In this document: positions 20,989 through 29,640 of the stretch, in pieces | Position numbering within the stretch: the stretch's first letter is position 1 | How the letters are laid out: every line of letters begins with the position of its first letter | Sequence record: MZ477002.1 | Strand: one strand, 5' to 3' | Length of the DNA stretch: 64,000 bases | From: Acinetobacter phage Phab24 | Made by a program: the position numbers and the translations under genes | Notes under the pieces: generated by a model | Databases searched by the model: none | What the model was told of the DNA's origin: nothing | Seen by the model: only the letters and a program-made list of their open reading frames with translations

Positions 20989-21188
20989 TTATGGATGGTT
21001 ATGGTTTAGGTTCAATTGCTTTCTGTGGTAAAGAAGGTTACGGTCTTGGTAAACCAACGACTCTAGCTAAAGAAGGTTGGGATTTTTAAGTAGGGAAAAA
21101 TACACAAGGATGTGTTTATATTGGTGTGCTATAACGAGTTAGCTGTATAATATTGTGTTGATAAGGAATTTTAATCTGGAGGTGTGAT

Positions 21189-22013
21189 TTGGGTTTAAAC
21201 AATCGAGAGTATAAAGAACTTGAGAAGTTAAAGAAGAAGAGTGGTTTTACAAAGTTATCTGTGTCTGAGCAAAGACGATTGGAGCGTTTACAAGGATTAC
21301 TAGATAATGATAAAAAGCAGGTAGCAAAAGATAAGTGGGAAAATGACCGATCTCTTAAAGCTCAACAGCTTCATATCCAAACTCTGAATGAAAACCAGAG
21401 TAAGTTTTTAAGAAGTATGCGAATGAACACAATCACAATAGGTTCTGGTTCTAGCGGTACTGGAAAAAGCTATTTAGCTTGTCGATATGCTGCTTCTGAG
21501 TTACTTGCTGGGAATATTAAGAAGATTGTAATAACACGACCATACGTTGCTGTATCTGGAAGAACAACAGGTTTTAAACCAAACACTGATATTGAAAAAC
21601 TTAGAGCTTTTGTCTTACCTATGTTGGGTTATTTGGGAGAGGTTCTTGGTGAAGAATATGTTGAGAATCAACTTCAAATGGGAGGAACAATTGAACTAGC
21701 CCCTCTTGAGAGTATTCGAGGTAGAAACTTTGATTCTGCAATTATCATCTCTGATGAAAGTTCGAATATGACGATTGGTGAGTTTCAGGCATTATCTACT
21801 CGACTAGGTAAAGATACTCGTTGGTTTTGTATCGGTGATAATGCTCAATGTGACACAAACAACAGTGGTTTGAAGTGGTTTGAAAACTTGGTTGATAAAC
21901 ATGAAATTCCTAGCATTGGTGTGGTTAAGTTTACACATGACGATATTGTACGTTCTGGTATGGTTAAAGAGCTGGTTATTGCTTTTGAGAAAGATGGTGG
22001 TTATAAAAGTTAA
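21189..22013 (+). CDS. phoH: PhoH-like ATPase
   Basis: TIGSGSSGTGKSYLACRYAA (Walker A) followed by ITRPYVAVSGRTTGFKPN, typical of PhoH. TTG start after GGAGGTG. Confidence 0.8.
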   Translation: MGLNNREYKELEKLKKKSGFTKLSVSEQRRLERLQGLLDNDKKQVAKDKWENDRSLKAQQLHIQTLNENQSKFLRSMRMNTITIGSGSSGTGKSYLACRYAASELLAGNIKKIVITRPYVAVSGRTTGFKPNTDIEKLRAFVLPMLGYLGEVLGEEYVENQLQMGGTIELAPLESIRGRNFDSAIIISDESSNMTIGEFQALSTRLGKDTRWFCIGDNAQCDTNNSGLKWFENLVDKHEIPSIGVVKFTHDDIVRSGMVKELVIAFEKDGGYKS

Positions 22014-22014
22014 T

Positions 22015-22040
22015 ATGAGGTCGAGAGACCTCTTTTGAGG
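22015..22040 (+). terminator. Rho-independent terminator
   Basis: GAGGTC-GAGA-GACCTC hairpin followed by TTTT. Confidence 0.6.
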
Positions 22041-22081
22041 TTTTAAAAATAAAAATATTTAGATTTTATTAAGGAGAAAAC

Positions 22082-22810
22082 ATGTTTAACTCAAAACAAT
22101 TAAATACGGTTTCACAAGAAGGTGTGTTTTCACCAAACATTTATGCTATTCCTAAAACATCTATGAAGTATTGCATTAGTATTACAGACAACATTTCAGA
22201 TGTTTTTATATATGACGAGGTATTAGCTATCCTAGATAATGCTGAGGAGGGAGATGAAGTCATTTTTACTATCGCTAGTTATGGAGGTCATTTAAACAGC
22301 TTGTTAAGTTTAAGGTCGTCAATTCTTTCAACGAGAGCTGAAGTCACGGGTAAGCTTGTATCACACTCTTGTAGCGCTGCTGGAATGTTATTATTATCTT
22401 GTCACAATAAAGTTGTTTATCCTAACACAACGTTTCATGCCCATAATGCAACTTATGGTGTGTATGGAAAAAGTGCAGACATTAAAGCGCAGGTTGATTT
22501 TGAAACTAAGCAGCTTGAAAGGTTAATGGTAGATGTTTACGGAGGATTTCTTGATGTTGAGAAAGAAATTCCACTTCTTTTGGAAGGAAAAGAGTTTTAT
22601 TTTTCTTCGGAAGAAACATTAGAGCGAATTATCAATCAGAACAAATACCGTGAGGAATTGGAAGCAAAACAGATACAACAAGAGATTGACGAAGCTAATA
22701 AACCTGCTGATTTATCTGATTACACAACAGAAGAACTTGAGGCTGAATTGGGATTATATCAAGAAGATATTAAAATGATTCGTACAGAATTGAAGAAGAG
22801 GTTAAAATAA
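22082..22810 (+). CDS. ClpP-like serine protease-fold protein with an acidic coiled-coil C-terminus
   Basis: IFTIASYGGHLNSLLSLRSSILS..VTGKLVSHSCSAAGMLLLSCHNKVVYPNTTFHAHNATYG aligns with the ClpP core (I.SPGG...G.AAS.G..LL..G....R...P.....H.P). The C-terminal 90 aa are an E/K-rich helix. Confidence 0.6.
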   Translation: MFNSKQLNTVSQEGVFSPNIYAIPKTSMKYCISITDNISDVFIYDEVLAILDNAEEGDEVIFTIASYGGHLNSLLSLRSSILSTRAEVTGKLVSHSCSAAGMLLLSCHNKVVYPNTTFHAHNATYGVYGKSADIKAQVDFETKQLERLMVDVYGGFLDVEKEIPLLLEGKEFYFSSEETLERIINQNKYREELEAKQIQQEIDEANKPADLSDYTTEELEAELGLYQEDIKMIRTELKKRLK

Positions 22811-22811
22811 A

Positions 22812-23360
22812 ATGTACACAATAGCTTTTTCTTATCTTATTAAATTATGGCGTGAAATATTAATTGTTGTATTTGCAATCTCATTAATTGGGATGTTAAT
22901 GCACACAGACAGTCTTAAAAGAAATTATGAGAAAAAGCTATCTGATAAAGATGTCGCTTATATTTCCTTAAAGAATGATATGTCTGCTAAACTTCTTGAA
23001 GAGCAAAATAATTCAATAAGAAAGGTTAATGAATTAAATAAAGAGTATTTAAAGTTACAGGAGAAACATAAACATGATATTGAGGAGATTTCTGCTTCTC
23101 GTGATCTGCTTGATTCCGACCTTGAGCGCTTGCTCAACCAAACCGATAAACTCGGAAGTCGGAGTAGTTCCACTGAAGGTAGTAATACCAAAACCTCCGA
23201 CAGTGTACAAGGGAGAGAATTACAAGGGTTGCGAGAGTCATTTAAAATGTGTGCAACAGAATATGCAGATATGGGAGAAGAAGCTGACAGATTAGCTAAC
23301 TCTGTGGAGATACTAACTGAGGCATGGAAAGAACTTGAACAAAAATATAACACAGAATGA
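22812..23360 (+). CDS. i-spanin (Rz-like)
   Basis: N-terminal TM helix (ILIVVFAISLIGMLM) followed by a long coiled coil. An o-spanin ORF is embedded in the +1 frame. Confidence 0.65.
   Translation: MYTIAFSYLIKLWREILIVVFAISLIGMLMHTDSLKRNYEKKLSDKDVAYISLKNDMSAKLLEEQNNSIRKVNELNKEYLKLQEKHKHDIEEISASRDLLDSDLERLLNQTDKLGSRSSSTEGSNTKTSDSVQGRELQGLRESFKMCATEYADMGEEADRLANSVEILTEAWKELEQKYNTE
23074..23295 (+). CDS. o-spanin (Rz1-like lipoprotein) embedded in the i-spanin gene
   Basis: Signal peptide with lipobox LLLVICLIPTLSAC and a Pro-rich mature part (VVPLKVVIPKPPTVYK). Lies entirely inside 22812..23360 in another frame. Confidence 0.6.
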   Translation: MILRRFLLLVICLIPTLSACSTKPINSEVGVVPLKVVIPKPPTVYKGENYKGCESHLKCVQQNMQIWEKKLTD

Positions 23361-23381
23361 ATATTATTTTATGAACACACC

Positions 23382-23410
23382 TTGACAATAGTTGGGGTGT
23401 GTTTTATTAT
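23382..23410 (+). promoter_or_regulatory. Sigma70-like promoter
   Basis: TTGACA, 17-nt spacer, TATTAT. Followed by RBS GGAGG and ATG at 23436. Confidence 0.55.
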
Positions 23411-23435
23411 GTCTATATGTTTTATGGAGGTTACT

Positions 23436-23795
23436 ATGAGTTCAATGTTAAATGCGTTATTGACTGCACACAAGAAGCATGTTAAAGCTTCTGAGAAGGT
23501 TGGAACTAAGACAAGGAAGATGAAGAATCCTAAAAAGGAAGAGTTCTTTGATTATTCAATTTTAGAGAAAGGTGGTGTTTCTCAATATACATTTACATAT
23601 GAAGACAAAAAGAAAACTTTGTTTGTTAGTTGTCATACTAGAAAGAACAACGCATTTCCAAAATATAAATTTCACATTAAGACAGCATTAGATCATAGAT
23701 TTTTTATTAAAGCTAAAGACTTTAAAACAGCACAAGCTTTAGTTGATGATTTATTTGGAGCAAAAAAGTATACAGTGAGTGGGTCAATGTTATGA
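23436..23795 (+). CDS. Hypothetical basic protein
   Basis: In-frame ATG with a GGAGG RBS. The ORF-track start at 23382 overlaps the promoter. Confidence 0.55.
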   Translation: MSSMLNALLTAHKKHVKASEKVGTKTRKMKNPKKEEFFDYSILEKGGVSQYTFTYEDKKKTLFVSCHTRKNNAFPKYKFHIKTALDHRFFIKAKDFKTAQALVDDLFGAKKYTVSGSML

Positions 23796-24211
23796 GTGTT
23801 ATAGGTAATACAAGAAATTTTGAGGAAGAATTATCAGAGATAAAGAAAGAGCATATCAATGAGAAGAAATTAATTGAGACAAATACGAAGAACTTAATTG
23901 AAAATTCTAAAGAGCTTGTTTTATTTTATATTAAACGAGAATTGATATTGGAAAATAAACCAACAATAGAAGGTGTTATACTCTATGTTTTAGGTGAAAT
24001 TTATGGCGATGCTGTCTTTAATAATTTTAAATATCATCGTAGTGTTCTTCGTTGTTTTGATGGTTCTTCAAGTATAATGGTCACATTTTTCTCTTATTTC
24101 TTAATAAGCGAAGCGAAGGTTGATTGTTATGATTTTAGAGATGGTATTATTGAAATTATTAATGACTTTGGATTTATAATTAGTTTTGAAGAGGAGATAT
24201 CGAATGTATGA
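23792..24211 (+). CDS. Hypothetical protein
   Basis: 139-aa ORF with an ATGA overlap to the upstream gene. Confidence 0.55.
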   Translation: MSVIGNTRNFEEELSEIKKEHINEKKLIETNTKNLIENSKELVLFYIKRELILENKPTIEGVILYVLGEIYGDAVFNNFKYHRSVLRCFDGSSSIMVTFFSYFLISEAKVDCYDFRDGIIEIINDFGFIISFEEEISNV

Positions 24212-24384
24212 ATTTTATTATTCTAACTAATCCAAAAGATTTCCCGTTTGAATGGTTTTATGTGTGTCAGAATTGTGGTACGTATCTTCCTATCTCAGAA
24301 ATGAATCCAAAAGATTTTGGAATATGTTCAATCGATTGTGGTATGGAAATTCGTGGTTTAAGTTATAGAGATTTTGTTTGAGGT
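24211..24384 (+). CDS. Small zinc-ribbon protein (57 aa, below the ORF-track cutoff)
   Basis: Hand translation gives MNFIILTNPKDFPFEWFYVCQNCGTYLPISEMNPKDFGICSIDCGMEIRGLSYRDFV. Two Cys pairs and a repeated NPKDF motif. Confidence 0.35.
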
Positions 24385-24613
24385 TTATATGTTGGGTAAA
24401 ATTAAGTTTCATGGGAATGGTGGGTATCCGTTCGAGCAAGCAGAGGCTCGTGGTATTCTGAATATTGATGAAGAATATGAAGTGGAGCGGTGAGTGTTGG
24501 AAGTTTTCAAAGTACATATAAGTTGGTTGGGTGTGATAAAGAATTCAATACTGTGCTTTTTGAAGACAGTCCAATCTTTGATAATGCAGTAAAACAATGG
24601 TGGGTAAATTATT

Positions 24614-24817
24614 ATGGCAAGAATTAGAACTTTACAACTTAATGGTGAGCTTGTTGATCACATTGAGATGTTGTATAAAGAAGGTAGAACTTGGAATGAT
24701 GTGGTTGCACATATTTTGGGTTATGATGATTTTAAAGATTTCTGTGATAAGAACAGTGTTTGTATTAATAATAAACGTTGTCCATATACAGAAGATATGT
24801 TTGAGGAGAATGAGTAA
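24614..24817 (+). CDS. Hypothetical small protein
   Basis: 67-aa ORF with a GGTGGG RBS. Preferred over the overlapping low-complexity frame 24597..24824. Confidence 0.5.
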   Translation: MARIRTLQLNGELVDHIEMLYKEGRTWNDVVAHILGYDDFKDFCDKNSVCINNKRCPYTEDMFEENE

Positions 24818-25281
24818 TGAGTGAAATTAAAAGAGTACATGAAAGTGTTGAAGAACTAGAATCATATTTAGGTCGAAAGTTGGATAATAACTATTCTAAA
24901 GACGCTACATATGTTTGTTATTGTAATAATGGAACTAGTATTTGGTATGAAGGAACAGATGAATTTAACCTTGAAGAAGATGTTCAGTTTGATATTAAAA
25001 GAGGTTATGTTTATTATTACGCTAAAGTAAATCAACCAAAACCTTATGAGAATTCTTTTGAGTTATTTAAGAAGTCTATTTTAGGTTGTGAGTTTGTTCG
25101 TATGCCTTATACTAAGACATATCGTCAATTTGTACATGATGTTGATATTATAAATGGAGAGACACATTTGATTGATCAAAAGGGTGTTTGTTCATTATTT
25201 AGAACAGCTAAGTTCTATCTTGATGATAGTGATAATACTTGTACTGCTGAAGAGTTTATGGATTTGTTGAAGGAGAGTTAA
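24817..25281 (+). CDS. Hypothetical protein
   Basis: 154-aa ORF with ATGA coupling to the upstream gene. Confidence 0.55.
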   Translation: MSEIKRVHESVEELESYLGRKLDNNYSKDATYVCYCNNGTSIWYEGTDEFNLEEDVQFDIKRGYVYYYAKVNQPKPYENSFELFKKSILGCEFVRMPYTKTYRQFVHDVDIINGETHLIDQKGVCSLFRTAKFYLDDSDNTCTAEEFMDLLKES

Positions 25282-25551
25282 ATGAAAGTTAAATTAAACA
25301 TTACACCGCTTCAAGTTGTTAATGGTTTTGAGATGCAAGAGATTGATAGTGTATTTGGTGTATTAACTATTCGCAGATATGAGAACAACGGTGATTGGTT
25401 TGTGTTTGCACCTTTCTGGTGGGAGCATCTGTTTAATGAAAAGTTTGATACAGCAGAAGAAGCTATTAAGTTTATTGAAATGAGATGTGAAGAATACATT
25501 AATGAGGTTTTGGGGTGGGTTGTGTCTCATGATTCGGTACAGGAGGAATGA
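25282..25551 (+). CDS. Hypothetical protein
   Basis: 89-aa ORF, tightly packed. Confidence 0.5.
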   Translation: MKVKLNITPLQVVNGFEMQEIDSVFGVLTIRRYENNGDWFVFAPFWWEHLFNEKFDTAEEAIKFIEMRCEEYINEVLGWVVSHDSVQEE

Positions 25552-25911
25552 ATGAACAATCCATGTTTCGGGTACAACTTTAGTAGTTTGGAATATTGTT
25601 TAAGTATAGAACCTTGTATTAACAGTCCTTACTATCCAAGTTTAGATGTTGTTGAGTCTTTTCAAAAAGAATGGTACGAGTATTTAGACACTGTAAAACT
25701 AAAAGGTGAATATCAACTAGATGGATTTACAGGCGTATTTGATAAAGATGTAATCATTATTCTTGACAAGAAAGGTAATAGTGTTTACAATTCTAAAGAT
25801 TGTTATAATAAAGTTATACTAAATTGTTATACTTTCGCTAGATTTGAATTAGATCGTTTAAAGTACATCATACATTTAAGTTGGAGTAAAAATGAGTTAC
25901 CACAAGATTAA
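25552..25911 (+). CDS. Hypothetical protein
   Basis: 119-aa ORF. Confidence 0.5.
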   Translation: MNNPCFGYNFSSLEYCLSIEPCINSPYYPSLDVVESFQKEWYEYLDTVKLKGEYQLDGFTGVFDKDVIIILDKKGNSVYNSKDCYNKVILNCYTFARFELDRLKYIIHLSWSKNELPQD

Positions 25912-26632
25912 AATACATAAACATAACGTTGAGAGTATATTTAAGTTACAAGAGGAATTTTTTGAGTATTTGGATGCTGTTGCTAATAATAATCCAATAA
26001 TGGCTGTTCAAGAGCTTTCTGACCTATATGGTTGTTTGGAAAACGAGATAACTAAATACGGTATGTCTATGGAAGACTTGCGTAAAATGTCGGACTTAAC
26101 AAAATCTGTTTTTACTTCTGGTTTTCGCAAAGTAACACCGATGATAGAATATTTAAAAAATAATAGTGAAAGTATTAAGTGTTTCGGTCTCGGTTTTGTT
26201 CAGGTTAAATGTGGTAATTTCAATTATAACTTTTATTCTGACAGAGTTGAGAAATTTTCAAATTATGAAGCGCCTCACAACCATCAGCAAGATTTTTTTA
26301 GTGAAATTCTAAAAGGTGAGCTGAAAGAGACTCTTTATATTTTTGAAGAGGGTAGTAATGTTGGTTTTTGTGGGTGTGGAGATAAGACAAAAACCGTAAA
26401 TTATAAATACAAAGAAGATGTTTCATTAAATCATACACAAGGAGACTTATATTTGAGATTGAAAGATGAGTATCATTCTGTGTTAGGTACTCACGGAACA
26501 GTGACTAAGGTTTACAAGATTGGCTCAAAATCTGACGCTTATGTTTTATCGGAGAATACCTTGCACAATAATATAATTGATTATAGTGTAGATCAGCTTT
26601 GGAGTATTGTAGAGGAAGTATGGAATGTATGA
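25892..26632 (+). CDS. Cupin-fold protein (putative)
   Basis: APHNHQQDFFSEILKGELKETLY fits cupin motif 1, G(X)5HXH(X)3-4E(X)6G. Confidence 0.4.
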   Translation: MSYHKIKIHKHNVESIFKLQEEFFEYLDAVANNNPIMAVQELSDLYGCLENEITKYGMSMEDLRKMSDLTKSVFTSGFRKVTPMIEYLKNNSESIKCFGLGFVQVKCGNFNYNFYSDRVEKFSNYEAPHNHQQDFFSEILKGELKETLYIFEEGSNVGFCGCGDKTKTVNYKYKEDVSLNHTQGDLYLRLKDEYHSVLGTHGTVTKVYKIGSKSDAYVLSENTLHNNIIDYSVDQLWSIVEEVWNV

Positions 26633-27155
26633 TATAGACTTAAAAGTTTTGTATAAAGCTTTAAACCACTATAAAGAACTTGGTTATAAGATGATACCAG
26701 CACCTTTACTGGTTGATAAAGATATTGTCTCTCTGACACTACCTGAAGGACGTAAAGCAAAAGAACATATAAAGGGGTTGTTTTATGTTGGTAGTGCTGA
26801 ACAATCAGCATATCAGTTATATAAAGATGGGGTTCTTAGTTCGGGTAAATACATGTTATTAACACCGTGTCAAAGAGATGAAGATATTTTAGATGAAACT
26901 CACCTAGAAATATTTTTAAAACTGGAGTTAATCTCTTTAGGTGGTGAGTATTCATCGATATTGAATGATGTTTTATCTTTCTATAATAGTGACAAATGTG
27001 TTGTTATTAATACCTTACATGGGGAAGATATATATATTAATGATATAGAGGTTGGTAGTTTTGGTAGTAGAATGTTTATGGGGGAAATTTTCTGTTTTGG
27101 TACAGGAATAGCCCTACCTAGATATACACAAGCAATTAACAGGAGTGAAGTGTAA
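26625..27155 (+). CDS. AsnA/class II aminoacyl-tRNA synthetase-like catalytic-core protein (half length)
   Basis: MIPAPLLV is motif-1-like. TPCQRDEDILDETHLEIFLKLE is motif-2-like (fR.E....H.pEF..lE). FGSRMFMGEIFCFGTGIALPRY is motif-3-like. At 176 aa it is about half the size of AsnA or EpmA. Confidence 0.45.
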   Translation: MYDIDLKVLYKALNHYKELGYKMIPAPLLVDKDIVSLTLPEGRKAKEHIKGLFYVGSAEQSAYQLYKDGVLSSGKYMLLTPCQRDEDILDETHLEIFLKLELISLGGEYSSILNDVLSFYNSDKCVVINTLHGEDIYINDIEVGSFGSRMFMGEIFCFGTGIALPRYTQAINRSEV

Positions 27156-27671
27156 ATGCATATTCAGAAGGGTAAACTTCGCTTTAACAAGCGAGAGTTG
27201 TGGAACTTAGATAAACACCTTGCTAAAGTTATTGTTGAGGGGTTACAACAGTTCAAGAGTGTTCATAAAAACACCATCCCACCACACTTAGTCACTGAAG
27301 ATATTAACCCTAAAACTGGTAGGAAGTTTTATTGGGATTATTCTAGTGAATATTGTGATGAACAATGGAAAGAGCTGTTGGATAAGATGATCTTTGCATT
27401 TACAGAACATCCGACATACTTTGATATTGAACCTTATGACTTTTATTACGATGATTTAACACACCCTGAAAAGTTTCCTGAACAAGTGTGGGAAGATCAC
27501 CCTATTTATGGTAAGATAACAGAATGGAGACAAGTATTAAAAGAAGGTGTTACACAAGAAGATGTTGATGCTTGGTGGGAACGTAGTCGAGCTTATGATT
27601 CTGAGATTAGACGTAAAGTAGATGAAGGACGAGAGTTATTCATTAAATATTTTGATAACTTGTGGGACTGA
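27156..27671 (+). CDS. Hypothetical acidic protein
   Basis: 171-aa ORF. Confidence 0.55.
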   Translation: MHIQKGKLRFNKRELWNLDKHLAKVIVEGLQQFKSVHKNTIPPHLVTEDINPKTGRKFYWDYSSEYCDEQWKELLDKMIFAFTEHPTYFDIEPYDFYYDDLTHPEKFPEQVWEDHPIYGKITEWRQVLKEGVTQEDVDAWWERSRAYDSEIRRKVDEGRELFIKYFDNLWD

Positions 27672-27701
27672 CATACACAACAGTATCGAGGAGAGTCAAG
27701 A

Positions 27702-27905
27702 ATGAATTTTGGTTGGTATGAAATTATGGATCGTATTTCTGTTATTCAGAATACGTTAGAGGATAATGTAAGAAACCATCAAGAAGCGGATGAAAAGTTA
27801 CAAGAGTTAATTGATTCTGCACAAGAACTGTTATCTGAAGCATATCAATATGCTGCAAGACAGTGGGACGAGAGTTGCAGAAATTTTGAGGATGACTACA
27901 AATGA
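27702..27905 (+). CDS. Hypothetical small protein
   Basis: 67-aa ORF. Confidence 0.45.
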   Translation: MNFGWYEIMDRISVIQNTLEDNVRNHQEADEKLQELIDSAQELLSEAYQYAARQWDESCRNFEDDYK

Positions 27906-28207
27906 GTAAGAAAATTCCATGTGAAGAAATTCAGAAGCTAAAACGAGATAATTTTTGGTTGTGTAAAGACAGAATTAAAGTTAAGAATCTTATGAGAGAG
28001 AAGCTTGATCATGTTGTTGAATTAAACAAATCAATGCAACAGATGGAGTATTGTTATCTTAAAGACTTTACAAAACAAAGAAACAAAATTCTTGATGAAC
28101 ACTCTTTGTTGATTGTTTTATACGTGAGGATTAATAAAGATATTTATAAAAATGGTGTTAAGATTATGAAACTTAGGGACGGTGTAAATAAGGGTATATC
28201 TAAATAA
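27902..28207 (+). CDS. Hypothetical basic protein
   Basis: 101-aa ORF with ATGA coupling. Confidence 0.5.
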   Translation: MSKKIPCEEIQKLKRDNFWLCKDRIKVKNLMREKLDHVVELNKSMQQMEYCYLKDFTKQRNKILDEHSLLIVLYVRINKDIYKNGVKIMKLRDGVNKGISK

Positions 28208-28266
28208 CTCTTGATTATATACTTGTTTTGGTTTACACTCTATTTATCAAATATTAGGAAGAATAA

Positions 28267-28455
28267 ATGAAAGTTTACGTTGCTGTGTGTTTCACTGAAA
28301 ATGAAGACACTAATAGTTTTACAGATTTCGAGGATGTAATTGGTGTATACATACTAAAGAATCATGCAGAGGAATCTGCTAGGAATTATATGGATAAATT
28401 ACTTGAACATACAGGTGTTCATTCAACATATCAAGTATTTGTTAAGGAGATTTAA
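28267..28455 (+). CDS. Hypothetical small protein
   Basis: 62-aa ORF with an AGGAAGAATAA RBS region. Confidence 0.45.
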   Translation: MKVYVAVCFTENEDTNSFTDFEDVIGVYILKNHAEESARNYMDKLLEHTGVHSTYQVFVKEI

Positions 28456-28762
28456 AATGGTATTTAAATTAACACCAACATATTTGTTAAACAACGGTTA
28501 CATAAAGGTTGACAGTAAGACATATTGTGAATACTGGAAGAAAGGTACTGAAATTGTTACCTTAAACACGGGTGAAGCTCTATCAGAATACAATCGTGGT
28601 TATGAAGATGCTCTAAGAGCAATTAGAGTTAACTTAGAACATTTTAAGAAAGATGTTTATAGTATTGAGATGATCTACGAAGGTTGTGATATAGATCGTT
28701 ACGAAGGTGAAAGTGAGTGTGAAAAACTTTTGTTCAGTGAAATTTTAGGGGTGAATAAATGA
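28456..28762 (+). CDS. Hypothetical protein
   Basis: Internal ATG (MVFKLTPTY) preceded by AAGGAG. The ORF-track start at 28364 overlaps the previous gene. Confidence 0.5.
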
Positions 28763-28980
28763 TTTTAATGCTAACAACCATTGGTTTAGTTGTATTTATT
28801 TGTGTAATTGTTGGTTTGGTAGCCTTCTTCCATAAGTTGTCAGATGTAGAATTGTCTTCAGCACCTTATTCTAAAATTGTGATATGGTCGTATTGGAAAT
28901 ATTTTGTTTTATGGTGGTGCATAATCTCTCCTATAGCTTTCTTTATTGCTGGATATAATACTGAGTTTTTATTTAAATAA
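28759..28980 (+). CDS. Small membrane protein (two TM helices)
   Basis: Hydrophobic segments LTTIGLVVFICVIVGLVAFF and FVLWWCIISPIAFFIAG. Confidence 0.5.
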   Translation: MILMLTTIGLVVFICVIVGLVAFFHKLSDVELSSAPYSKIVIWSYWKYFVLWWCIISPIAFFIAGYNTEFLFK

Positions 28981-29022
28981 TTATAAGGAGAAACAAATGT
29001 CTTACGGGCAAGGGGGGGTTAA

Positions 29023-29640
29023 ATGTTTAGAGTTGCGTTAATAGGAAGTCGGGAACTTGAGAAGAATATTAAATACTTTGATCAAATAGACTTGTGTTGG
29101 AAAGTGTGTTTAGCTTGTGCCCAACAAGGATATACATTCACATCTGGTCTTTGTGAGCTTGGTATGGATGGTATTGCACAGAAAGCTTACAGTAAAGCAA
29201 TGGAAAATGGATGGGTGACTGAAAAGAACTTCGAAGTTTATGTTGCTGCACAGAAAAACATTGATCGAAGTTGTTTACCTAATAAACATTTAGCTGTTGT
29301 AAGAAATCCAGACTTAATTGAAAAATCTGAGGAGATTGCCAAATCTGTTATGGGCGCATCACATTGGTCTAGATGTAATGATTGGGCTAGAGGAATGCAT
29401 AGTCGTAATTGTCATCAGATTCTTGGTTATGATTTGGAAAGTCCAGTTGATTGTGTTATTTGTTGGACACCAGAAGGTAAAATACAGGGTGGTACAGCTA
29501 CAGCAATTAAACTTGCAATGAAATATGACATTCCTGTATTCAATCTCGGTGTTTCTGACAAAGAAAAGGTAATTCAGGACATTATTGAATTTTTGAAAGA
29601 AAAAGGTGTTTATAAATTTAAGGAGAGTAATAATGAATAA
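29023..29640 (+). CDS. DprA/Smf-like Rossmann (SLOG) domain protein
   Basis: VALIGSRE...AQQGYTFTSGLCELGMDGIAQ and HSRNCHQILG...VDCVICWTPEGKIQGGTATAIKLAMKYDIPVFN match the DprA Rossmann-domain motifs (IVGSR, SGlA.GiD, RNR..., SG...T...A). Confidence 0.5.
   Translation: MFRVALIGSRELEKNIKYFDQIDLCWKVCLACAQQGYTFTSGLCELGMDGIAQKAYSKAMENGWVTEKNFEVYVAAQKNIDRSCLPNKHLAVVRNPDLIEKSEEIAKSVMGASHWSRCNDWARGMHSRNCHQILGYDLESPVDCVICWTPEGKIQGGTATAIKLAMKYDIPVFNLGVSDKEKVIQDIIEFLKEKGVYKFKESNNE

Noticed and set aside
22958-23353. Minus-strand ORF 22958..23353 opposite the spanin genes
   Set aside because: Antisense to the i-spanin/o-spanin pair. Ser-rich low-complexity product.
24290-24824. ORFs 24290..24517(-), 24409..24597(-) and 24597..24824(+)
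   Set aside because: The minus-strand ORFs are antisense to plausible small plus-strand genes and have odd composition. 24597..24824 is the alternative frame of 24614..24817, which has the better RBS and composition.
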